DNA of 64,000 nucleotides from Diadema antillarum (taxonomy: Eukaryota). Positions 13,718-26,200 of the stretch are shown one piece after another. Where the stretch lies: positions 620,001-684,000 of the forward strand of contig NW_027271228.1 of assembly GCF_040938485.1 (NCBI RefSeq), written 5' to 3'. Numbering within the stretch: the first letter of the stretch is position 1; every line of letters begins with the position of its first letter. A program made the translations under genes and the position numbers. Below the pieces are notes generated by a model. That model was not told the origin of the DNA. It saw only the letters and a list, made by a program, of their open reading frames with translations, and searched no databases.

Positions 13718-14740
13718 AGATAATAAAAAGTTTTGGTACCTCAAAAGTGTCCTTGAATTTCCTTGGCTTAGTTTGTGTTACAGGTTAAAGTACCTTTCAT
13801 ATAACTAACACTGTGAGACTTACTCGCCCCAAAGTGCTCTCATGTCTTAGTAATCATGCAATTAACTGCAACCAGCAGCCCCATACGCATAGCGACCAGC
13901 AGTCCCATACGCATAGCGTAATCGGGCTTCGCATTGTAGCATTCAGGATCATGACAGATTTAGTATCGCAGGGTAAATGTCAACTTAAAATCCCATAAAT
14001 TCTTCAATTTGAAGACTTACCAATTAAGTTGAAGTATTGAAAACAGGCTTCGGGCAACGTTTGGTTCTGCCTATAGTCCCTTTCTGTTCGAATTGATGAC
14101 TGAATGTGACTCGGTCGACAGGACCTTAGGAGAGCTACATACAGTACACTGAATACTACAGCCAGTGCATGCGAACACATCACATGCACACAAATTTCAA
14201 ATCCATGAACGGATAAGATGTTTGTGTGCGCATGCGCTGGCCATGGTATCCAGTGTATGTAGCTCTCCCAAGGTCCTCTCGACCGAGTCACATTCAGTCA
14301 TCAATTCGAACAGAAAGGGACTATTGGCAGAACCAAACGTTGTTCGAAGCCTGTTTTCAATACTTCAACTTAACTGGCAAGTCTTCAAATCGAAGAAATT
14401 TTTGGATTTTAAGTTGACATTTACCCGCGATACTAATTCTGTCATGATCCTGAATGCTACAATGCGAAGCCCCATTACGCTATGCGTATGGGGCTGCTGG
14501 TCCTAGTTAGCTATGCGTACAATGGGCTGCACGCTGCTGGTCGCAGTCAGTGGTTTCGTACAATATTTATCGACGCTGTACAGCGTTGGCTCTGGTACGA
14601 AACCATTATTGCATGATTACTAAGACATCAGAGCACTTTGGGGCGAGTAATTCTCACAGAGAACGTACTTTAACCTGAAACACAAACTAAGACAAGGAAA
14701 TTCAGGGAAGCTTTTGAGGTACCAAAACTTTGTATTATCT
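13718..14740. mobile_element. ~1-kb foldback element with TTAA TSD (Kolobok-like termini)
   Basis: Arms 13718-14194 and 14221-14740 are imperfect inverted copies over their whole length; TTAA at 13714-13717 and 14741-14744; termini AGATAATA / TATTATCT. Confidence 0.85.
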
Positions 14741-15975
14741 TTAATCAATGTATCATAATGAATGATGTACAATGTACTTGTGTAAACATGATTACAGCTT
14801 CTTCATATTATGGGTACTGGCAACTATTCTTTCCTGTTACCTGTGCACTAATGCCTTGCAACATGAAAAAGATGATGGCCGAACAAGATTACAGTAATAG
14901 TACATCCACAAGTAGAAGAAGAAAACATTAAAGACATATAGTTTGGTATATCAGTACATTTTTTTTTCTCTCTCTGTAAACATGATTCCCTGTCAACAAG
15001 GCATATAAAAAAGATGTTTTACAAACATACTGAAAAGTACCAGAATGATACATTTGGAATACTAACAGCAGATCTATCGAAAAAGTTCTGTCTCAAAAAC
15101 ATGCAATCCTGCATTAAAGGAGATGTGGATAAAAATGGTTACTTTGTTACCCAAGATATCATTCTTGAAAGAAATCTGCATTATCTTTTGGAATAAAGTT
15201 GCCATGCGTGTTGAGTTTCACTCTAAAGGATCAGCTGGAATGTAGAGATTTGAATGCAAAGGATGCCAAAATTTTCACAGATTTCACAAATTTTCTCATT
15301 TTTGATTTGTAGGTGTCTGAATACTTAGGGACTCCTGTGTACCATTCAAAAATTATTTATGCTATTTTTTATGGTCATTACGACTACTTCTACTTGAAAA
15401 CTCTACCATGGCATAGGACGCTGCATTATTGCACATGTAGAACTATGTGAAGCACTGATATAGAAGATACACGTGAGGGTCATACGCACAAAAGATACCC
15501 TGTTAAATGAGCTTATTTCTTGAAAAATGTGATCATGTGGTGACAAAGGAGAAGACAATGCTGAAATGAAGTCTCAGTGAAAAAAAAAAGAAACTCCCGA
15601 GAACCAATCATTCCTCACCTTGTCATGGTAAAAAAAAAAAAAAAAGAATATCTTGAAATGCATCCCTGTTGGAAAACATACACTGATACTGATTCTTGTC
15701 ATGGCCACATCAACATGTAAATCACATCCTTTAACATCTGAATATCTAATTTTACAGTACTAATTCCATTGGTTCATTTTGCAAGATACTGGCTAAAGTC
15801 ATGTTAGCTCAAACCATGTTTTGATAAAAAATCTCATTTGTTACCGTGATAGTTACATCCTGATACCAATAATTGACAAAAGGGTATTTCTGTGTACACT
15901 CAAGGTGTATTTCTATTGGACAGCAAATATCAAAATGGTTAATTGCCCACTTACTGCTTGAGAATGTGGTGACAC

Positions 15976-16191
15976 GACATTTGCTCCTGAGACAATAGCT
16001 CCGGTCTTATTTTTTCCAAGGACTTAAGGTTAGGGTTAGGGTTAGGGTTAGGGTTAGGGTTGTGAAAGGGTTTTAGATTTAGTTTGAAGTGAGGAATAAG
16101 ATTAGGGTTAGGGTTATGCTTGTGGGTAGAACTTATATTTGGCCCTGTGTGCAGATATTTCATGGGAGCAATTGTTACAGGAGTAAATGTC
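15976..16191. mobile_element. Small IR-bounded element carrying (TTAGGG)n
   Basis: 27-bp imperfect IRs GACATTTGCTCCTGAGACAATAGCTCC (15976-16002) / GGAGCAATTGTTACAGGAGTAAATGTC (16165-16191); five TTAGGG at 16030-16059 and two at 16102-16113. Confidence 0.75.
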
Positions 16192-16502
16192 ATGGAACTG
16201 AGAATGTACCGGTATCCATCTACAGGGACCACAGTGAAATAAGAGTTCTGAGCAGTTCAAAACAGGAGTTTTTATCAAGCTTTTGTATCCACTTGTTTTT
16301 TTCTTATTTCAGTATTGACATTGGTCGAACATCCATGCAGGTACAAGGAATAACATCTGCTTTGTCTCCCTGTCTCAGTCAGAGCCCCTCAAATCTTTAG
16401 GAAAGCACTGGAAAGGGCTTTGAACCCGCCTTGTGACAACTAAAAAATTTACAGAACTAATGATAAATGAAAAAAAAAAAGAAGAAAAGGTATAGACTAG
16501 TG

Positions 16503-16837
16503 TCATGTTCCTTTGGCCATCTTATTATTCCTTTGCCTCCAGTGCCTGATAAGTTTCTTGATGGGCTCTACAATGGCATTAGGATTGCGGTACAGCATGT
16601 GATGGTCAGCCCCATTGATGAGGAGGTGTTTGGCTGAGGGGTGCACTGAGGAGACCAGCCGCTGCGTAGCTTTGGCCCAAACCTAGTCAGAGGGAGAGGA
16701 GGAAGGTAGGAAGGAGGGATGGAGAGGGAGAGGGAAGGAGGGATGGAGAGGGAGAGGGAAGGAGGGAAGGAGAGAGAGGAGGGTTAGAAGGTGGTGAGCA
16801 GCCAAAAAGAAAGGGGTAAAAGGACCAAGGGATGGAA

Positions 16838-16873
<36 letters not shown>

Positions 16874-19800
16874 GGGGGGGGTGGGGTGAAGGGAAGAAAG
16901 GATAAAGAGAGGTAACATCAGACATTAGCAATACCTTAGAAATGCCTTGTACAAAAATCACCTCATTCCGATTTTGGTAAACTACGTCAGAACATTCCCA
17001 CTCATGAGCAAATGAGAGAGTGGGAATCAAATATCCAGATTTGGCAGCATCTACAAGATTCAAGCAATTGCAGAAAATGTACGAAAAATGAAAAAAATAC
17101 TCATTTGAAGAACTGATTTGAAGAAGTAATTTTTTTACTGCTGTAAAATGAGTTTCACCTAATGCTTTACATACATCATCCTCTTCTGACACCACATTGC
17201 CATCCACAGTTAAAATTTTAGGACATTGACATGGCAGGGAAATAGAAAAGGAAAATGCTTTGCTTTCAGAAATGAGGTTGAATAGAATGTATTATAAAAT
17301 GGGTTCAAGAATGTAGCCAATTGGAAGCGCTGAAATGAGTCACGTGTGCGTGCATTAATTTCTCACTAACATGCACGGCCTGACTCACAATGTTTACACT
17401 AGCAGTGCGCACTCAATCAGTTGTTACAAATGCGTCGCGCGCTACTATACGCGCTGTCAATCCTGTAAACAACTTCTAGTTCAGGCTGCCAGCCGGCCTT
17501 TCTTGTGGATACATGTGGCGTACGTATACTCTTATACGTACATGCTCACAGTACTTTTATGTGCGGGATTTCCGAGTGCGACGTGCGGAATATGTTTGGG
17601 ACGAACATCTTCGGACATCTTGACTTTTGGACTTGAGCTAGTGCTACATGTAGCTGACTGGTATTGACCCACAAAGGTACGTGAAAAATGCTGTTAGTTT
17701 TCGACCCATTTTATAAAACAAATGATGCACAGGATTATTTCGTGGCGTTAGTGGAGATGCAGCTCACTCTCGGGTATTTACAATGTAGTGCAACATGCAC
17801 TCGGCTTCGCCTCATGCATGTTTCACAATTGTACATACCCTCGAGTTGGCTACATCTCCACTAACGCACTCTATCCTGTGCATCATTTGTATATCATTAA
17901 CACATGCACAAATATTAACTGTTTAATAAGCAATTGGCACAAAAGAAAATGTGTTTATGACACTGTGATTGACCAATCGATTGATTGATCGAATGATTGA
18001 CTGATTGGCTGATCGGTTGATTGATTTTATTTTGCAAAAGTGACATCTGCATTAAATAGTACTTGTAATATCAATCACAAATCAGTGAAAAGGTATCACA
18101 AGCTTACAAAACAAATTTGTATACCTTATTTTTTTGTTTTCTGTCAGTTGATAGAGTTCCATCAACTTTTTTTTTTTAATATTTCACATTGTTATTAATA
18201 TTCTAAATATGTCAATGCCATAGGAATGTGAGGAATGTAGTAGGCACTGTGTCACTTTCAGCTCACCTTGTTAAGTGGACTGGGTAGCTCTTCATCATAA
18301 TAGTTCCCTGTGATGACCGTCACACTCACATTCTGAGGGAATGGTTTCACTGTGTACGCCGTTCTGTTGAAAACACAGGGAGTGTATGAAAGGGCATTGC
18401 AACCTCATCACATCCAATATCATCAAACATTCTGATCAAATACCACAATTATGGTTATTTCCGGTGGAAAAAAAAGAAACAAATTCTTTTAGGGCTTCAA
18501 TAATTCTGTTTGTGCACCAGTTGTGTACACTTGCCAGCCAGAATTTTTCAATTTATGGAAACAATTTTCAACACATACACATCTTAATCCTCTAATGGCC
18601 TCTAATGGCCTCTAATGGCTAAACACCAAACATTGGACATTAAATAGCATACATCTTGTATGGTATATTTTGCCCCATCTAGTAGGTGCCATACATTGCA
18701 GTTGATAAACTATATCAAGTTTTATAGCAAAAGAGCTTAGCTTTGTGAACAACACTGAAATGCGTTCTCTTCATAACATTATCAAGATGTCATGACAAAC
18801 TCTAGCAGAAGCAAGCTGTGTTGGAGGAAAAGACATATTTAAAGTAACCAAGTGTCTGCACTATCACCAATCTTAATTTCTATTTGTGGCAACTTTACTT
18901 GGGCTGTGACTTAACAAAGAGAGAAAAAAAATATTCAGGTAGTCATCTCAAGAAAGTCTATTTCAAGACTGATGAAGACACAGCTTAAGACAACACACAA
19001 AGATGGGGAAGTGAGAACAGAAATCAATAATACAGACGGGAGGACCAGCTATATATTGTGAGAGAGGCTTTGTCCATTATACTCACTTCATCTGTGACAG
19101 ACTCTGGTTGGCAAAAAAATGTTCTTCTACAGCAGCTTTCAGATGTCGGGGAAGGCACATTAAATGTTTCTAAAAAAACACACACAAAACACGAAAAATG
19201 TTGCATGACAGAAACACCATTGCACAGTTATTGTGGCACAGTTCAAGGTTTTTAAAAGTTGCTACATTTTGCCATCTTGACTGATTTGTTTTAAAACTTG
19301 GAAACTGCACTAGTATGGCTGCTGCTTCTGCTGTTGGTGATGATACTGCTACTACTACAGCTTCAACCAATGATAACTATCATAACACAAGCTGTTTGTC
19401 TGTTTGCTTGCTTGCTTGCTTGGGTTTTAAGGGCATCTGTCCACAGCATTGTGGTGCTAGAAGTATTTCAATGCATCATAGACAACTAAAATTAAATGCA
19501 CATTTGAAACACATTCACGTAACTCCCTGAGGAGCATTACAAGAAGGCAGCAACCTTCATGACCACATAAACAAGAATGTATGGTAAAATGCAGTGACAG
19601 TAATGCTGAAGTTGTCACTGTATACCCATTCATGCAGCTGGGAAGATAAGAGAATTTACCTTACCATGTCTCAGAGTGTGTTTCAAAGCATGGTACACAA
19701 TATCTAGGATCACAACACTCACACTGAAAAGAGTTCATCATTACACATATAAGAATCTAACTAGAAATGTCGCTACAGCGACTGGTTATACCCCCGCCAA

Positions 19801-22800
19801 ACGCTTTGGTCAAAACAACATTTCATAAGCTTTGGTCAAAAAACTGAGGAAGTAGTTAAATCCGCAAGATCTTTCCTTGATCTTCTGCCATTAATATGCC
19901 GTTACCATGGCAATGTACTTTCGGGTACTGTCGAAAAATGCGTCTTGCACATCTACAACCAAAGGCACACATCTGTACCAAGTTTCATGGAAATTGGGCA
20001 AAAACTGAGAAAGTAGTTTGCAACACAAAATTTTCCATCATTTTGGCTCATAATATGTGAGCTGTTACCATGGCAACATACTTTTTGTCACTGTCAAGAA
20101 ATGTGTCATGCTGACCTATATCCTAAGACAAACATTCAATATGAATTCCATGAGAATTGGAAGAACACTGATGAAGCAGTTTTGCCATGAAGCATTTTGC
20201 CCTATATTTTACCAATAACATGCCGTTACCATGGCAACGCACTTTTTGCCACTGCGGAAATATGTGTCTTGCACATTAACATATTAAGATGAACATCTGT
20301 AGCTAATTTCATAAAAATTGATCAAAAACTGTGGGAGGAGTTCGCGACGCAAGATTTGTACCCATTTTTGCCCATAATATGCCGTTACCATGGCAACGTA
20401 CTTTTGGGTACTGTCATCTGTGCCAAGTTTTATGGGAATCGGTTGAAAACTGAGGAAGTAGTTCGCGACGCAAGATTTGCAACGGACCGACCGCCCGACC
20501 GCCCGACCGTCCGACCGTCCGTTGATTCCTATATACCCCCTTCACACTTCGTTTGGCGGGGGTATAATAAAGAAACACCTTGAAAAAATCAAACGCAATA
20601 TAATTCCCTCCACATCTTCCCAACAATAACCTTCTGGGATTATGATATGGTGCATCTAGACTTTGTGTGTTGTATCAACAATAGTTGGCACTCATTTTTG
20701 TTTTTGTTTTTTTCCACATGGTGTCAACATTTTCTTTCAATAAAACTATCACCTGAATACAGAGACTGATACTGTCCATGGTAGTGCTGAAGAAAAATCT
20801 ATCATTTCATCTTTCACTAGCTTTACAAATGTTACGATAGCAGCACAGCAATATTCTGAATCCTGCTTCCTTACTTGTCTGGCTTGCACTGTTTCAGATA
20901 TAACCTCTCCTTTGATTGGCTGCTCAACCAGTCCCAACATGAGACCAAGACGTGTCAGGCCAATAGCAGCTGAGAGCTGAAGAGACTGTAGTGTTGGCAC
21001 AAGGTGTCCATACCTACATTCATGATATTAAAAAGAAGAAGATAAAAAGTATGTCAATACAGATTCATAATGTTAAGTCATCATGATGGATAATGGTTCC
21101 ACAATACAAACCCTTTCCCCAGTTACTAGCCCAACAAAGCCCCCCCCCCCAAAAAAAAAAAAAAAAAAAAAAAAAAACCCACAAAAACCCCCACAAAAAA
21201 CCCACAAAACACAAAAGACAAACAAACAAACACAAAAACAAACACAAACAAACAAACGAAACAAATTAACAAACAAACGAAACAAATTAACAAACAAACA
21301 ACGGGAGAAACATCTCTCACTACTGCACAGAAGCTATGGGAGAATTTTGCTTCATTAAATCCTATTCATAATGTCTTCTGCATGACAATGCTTAGCCCTT
21401 GAAACACAACTAGTTGTAAAGCCATATCTTTTACTCGAGTCCATCATGTATAGTATATCATAAAGCATTTGAAGTTTGAAAATAGTGGACATACAGGTAG
21501 TTCACTATAAAAGTGTTTGTGAGGCCAAATGATTGACGGACAAAATCGTAACTCCTACGTACTGCCTTCAGAACATCTGTTTATAAGGGTTATGATGACT
21601 ATGATTTCTAATGAGGGGTGTCAAAATACAACAAGCATCATTAAAATATTCAAATGAAGTCCTCTCTGAAACCCTCTTTGAAACACCAAAGAAATTTGTA
21701 AAGGTAAATGACTCCTGGTACTTTATACGAAAAAAAAAAAAAAAATCTTTTGGCTCACCAGAACTGTTCCCAGATGGCATCGTCAATCTCAAACATTCCA
21801 TCCACCAAGGGGTCAATCAGCACTATATCACTCACTTCACTGGAACACAAAGAGAGGAGTAAGAAATATGTGAAGCTACATATCAATTGCAGCAGGACAA
21901 CTGCTTTACAGATAAGAGTATATTAGTCTTCACAAGTACTTGGAATAGGTCAATATAAAATAAGTTCTTAATCATAACCAGAGCATTAATTTAAGAGATT
22001 ATCATTATTATCATTTCTGTTGTTGTTGTTGTAACATGACAGGTTATAAAATAGTTGGTACTCGTGGCTAGTTTTTAAAAGAATTGGCAAAACAAACATT
22101 CTTATTGCGGCAAATTCAAGATGGCATAATATCAACTTGCAAAAGCATTTCTTTTGCACAGGGATGATATTGAGGTTTGTTGAAGAAAATCGGAAATCAA
22201 AATTTACAGGTGACTTTTACACGTGGAAACAGCAAAATGTGTGTAGACTTGAGAAAAAGAATCTGAAATCAGATTTAAATCTACAAAATAGTTCATCACA
22301 GTTTATCATACAAGATGTAGTGTAATGTAATGTAATTTGTTTTTTATATGTTGTTAATATGTGTCCATAGTGAAAGTGTGACAAAACCAAAATCTCAATA
22401 CCATGTTTCTATACATACTTTGGACATATAAAGAAATAAAATAAAATGATATAATAGCAAATCATAATCAGATTACTAACATCTTATTACACAGGAGTCA
22501 TAAAGCATAGAACCTCTCTGTCAAGCACACACTGCAGGAGATGTGCTTAGACAGAAAAGATTAATTCAGTAATATCACTGCAGACTTGAGGGGAACTTGT
22601 TTCTTTCAGCTTAAGAGTTATGAATTTCAGTACCATTAATATCTACTCTGTTCTATCATTAGCAGTCCTTTCATTTTCGTACAATTTGGCCATTATTAGT
22701 TTTCCGTTAATAGAATGATATTCACGTAGTTTAATCAAGTCTTTAAAATAACATAACCTGCAACAACTCCCTTTTCATCACAAATGCCATCAGACTGCTG

Positions 22801-23166
22801 AGTAATCCGTGAAAACAAATTTCAGCAGACTGGTGTTGAGCAGTTACCTTTCAAACATCTGTGCATAGAACATGGCATTGACAGCCCCAAGCTCAGATCC
22901 CACCAGGATGTATGGCAGCCCACTGTATGACTGGTTGGAATGGATCAGTGTATGCAGGTCCTCTACCATCCTAACACACATACATAAATGAGAACATCCA
23001 CACAAAATTACCAAACATTTCAAAGCACTTATAATCAGATGCATAAGACAAAAATAAAAGATATCAGTGATTCCAGGGACTTCCCACTTTGCGCTTGTGA
23101 TGTGAAATTCATGCATTTACATAAACCTCACACATACATGCATATAAATCATACACGTATATAGAT

Positions 23167-23203
<37 letters not shown>

Positions 23204-26200
23204 ACATATAGGCCCTACCATGCAAGTGTATATTACATACATTTATATCATTTCATCTTTTTGTCTACAATGCTACAATTTCAGTTGTGGATGACCCAGA
23301 CAATCTTCTTCTCTCGTGTCGCTACACTTTTCCCAGCCACTGCAGAACACAGGCTCTGGCACGTGGGTTATAATCGTGGAGATCATGTGATGTACAGGGT
23401 TCTGGTAGCAGGGTGCAGTTTAGTAGGTGCTCCAGACAATGAAAACACCAATTAAACCAAGGGTGGGGTACAGTGAGCCTGTACAGTGAGTATTAAGAAA
23501 AATCAACAACCATGATGGCAATCCAAGGGTAGACAGGTTCTTTGTACAACTGACCTTTCTGTCGTACTTTCCTGCCCTTTGGTCAGCATGGAGGCCACAT
23601 CACTGGACATTGGGCCAGGGGGACTGTCGTCAAAGCCTGGACGCTGTAAATGAGCAGACATACCATATCAAAAGTAGCATCAAACTTCCTGTCCATGACA
23701 ATGATCAGTAAACAGGAGTACAAGCATTTGTCCCTCTGTGGCAAGAAATCAGAAGGGTACCAAAATGTGGATAACGGAAGATCTGCCGAAGAGAATTAAA
23801 GACTCCCATAGCTCCCAACTAGAACCAGACAGTCCACCTTAATGCCTTGTGCCTACATGTCAGCAGAAAGGAAGCTAAAGTGGAGAGTATGGTTTTGAAA
23901 GATTTAATTTGGAAAGATCATTTGGCTGAAATGTGTAGTCTTTTTCACATCAGAATACATGTTTATACACTCATGACAATTATGTCTCATAGATGTAGTT
24001 TGCGACAGCCATCATTGATAATAAAGAGTCAATATCTAATGTTATACGCAAGTAGTAAACCACTGCAAGGCATCTGAATGCAGTAAAAGTTACAGAGTAG
24101 TTTTTACAACTTTTCTAGGTACTTTGCACACAAACTTTGAACATAAATTTGTCATTCCATTGCCATGTAGTAGTTCTTGACATTATCTTCAACCACTCTT
24201 TCAAGTTCTGCCGTCATCAGAAAAAAGCTTAAATTGCTTTCCATTTACCTGATGTGGATATGAGCTGCTGAAGCCAATCCCTGTCCTATCGTAGGAGCAC
24301 ACCTGTCCACAAAACAAACATTGCTAATTGATTTCACAAACAAATTACAAAAATAACAAACACATTATTAAAATAAAGGTCATTTTGGTGACATTTACAT
24401 ACATATCTCTTTCTAATCAAGGGAAGACAGGAAGGGCATCAAGGTGCTCAGAGAGAAATACACTAAATCTAAGCAACACCTATCAAAACTCCAAATGCCT
24501 GTTGCAGTCTTCTTGTATGAAGATTTCAAATTCAATGACATTTATATTCAGCAAATATGAACATACATACATACGTATATATTTGATTTGGCATCGTGAA
24601 GAGTAACATACTAGTGCACAAAAATTATAGCAATAAAGAATATGGCAATTCTTATAGCAAAAAAAAAAAAGAAGAAGAGAAAAGCGAATAAGTTTGCATA
24701 TCAGAAACTTTACTCTGACAAAGCTGCAGACATTCAAGATGAGACACTATCAAAAAAGCAATCTGACTTAACAGTGAAAGCTTGATGTTTATTCAAAGCC
24801 AAAAATTTATATGTTATGACATTTCCCTACTGTTCAGTATTTCAACCAAAGTCAGACATCATCATAAGGCAATAAATAAAAGACTTTTCATAAATACACA
24901 CCACAGAAGAAGGTACAGGAATTGATTAGAATTTACCAGTAATGATGATAATAATGATAATGATAATCATATATCTATATTGTGCAGTTTCTCTAGAGGT
25001 ACACTCAACTGGATGTAATACAGTCAAAATAAGGGAGAGAGAAGCTGATAACAAAAATTAAACCTGAACTGGATATCTGACAATATGGTGGGAATATCTA
25101 AGAAAAAGACTACTAGCTCACTCACCCGGGTAAGTTTTGCTATCCTTGGTTGCACCAAACACCACACATCTGATGACATGCCAGTTGGTGCATCTAAGAC
25201 GACTGAATACACACAAAAGCATTCAAACAATGTTACTCATTGAAGGGCAAAATGTGACACTGATGGTGTATATTCTAGACATCATGAAGTGAACTTTTAG
25301 CAAACTTATATCATTATCTCCATCTTCAGCATTGTGTTTATTGGATAATTCAGTCTTGAATAAATAAAGACTAAATGAAAAGGACAAATGTGAAGTTCTT
25401 AATGGCTCTCAAAGAACTATATTGATGTCTTTAGAAATATATAATTTGCCAAGAAAATGTTTAAAAAGTTAGGGACACAACTTCTGCTTGCATTCATCAT
25501 TCTGCTAATTAAACAATGTAAAAATAGTATTTCTTTTGTATGGGCCATTCCAGAGTGGATCAAAAGAAAACTACACTTTGGAATCTGGGATCCAACTATG
25601 CACAAATTACTGCAGTATTGAGAGATTTAAAGTATTCTTGAATGCTGTGTAGCTGTTTGTGTTTTCTGTTTGATTTTTAGCATGCTTGAGGTATCTTCCA
25701 CTCTTTCTAGGATCAAAACTTAAACTTGGTCAGGCAGATATCTCACTTCGTGGCCATTTACAGATAACTGTGATAAATTTACAGTGCAAAATATTGTTTT
25801 TCACAAACACTGAACAATAGCTGCAAATGAGGGCCATAATAATGTGAACCATAGAATTACCTGTTGGCTTCCCTTCACCAGTGCAGCTGATAAACATCTT
25901 GTGGTCTGTTGGACCCACTGAGACCAGTTCCCCTTTAAAGTGACAAGTACATGACAGTTGGCATTTGTTACTGCACAATGGACAGGATGACATTGTTTAC
26001 ATCTAAATGCTTTCTCATGTTGGAACTTTATTTGCTCTTAAGAATCTAGGAAAGGCAACAGATTGGATTACTTGATTTGCTTTTTAATATTATGTATCAA
26101 TGTTGCAAACTAATACATAATAAAAAACTTGCATAAATTTTTCAGTTTCTTCAAGAAATGGGAACTAGTAGATTTGTAACCGCTAATTATAAAAGACCCA

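Noticed and set aside
16415-16440. B-box-like GGTTCAAAGCC on the - strand
   Set aside because: No A-box or cloverleaf; not a tRNA.
16683-17207. 174-aa ORF on the - strand
   Set aside because: Composite of a decayed LINE fragment and a polypyrimidine tract inside the last hydrolase intron; not a gene.
19898-20400. Regularly spaced GTTACCATGGCAA repeats superficially like a CRISPR array
   Set aside because: The spacers are homologous to each other (~160-bp tandem units) inside a eukaryotic Helentron-type element; no cas genes.
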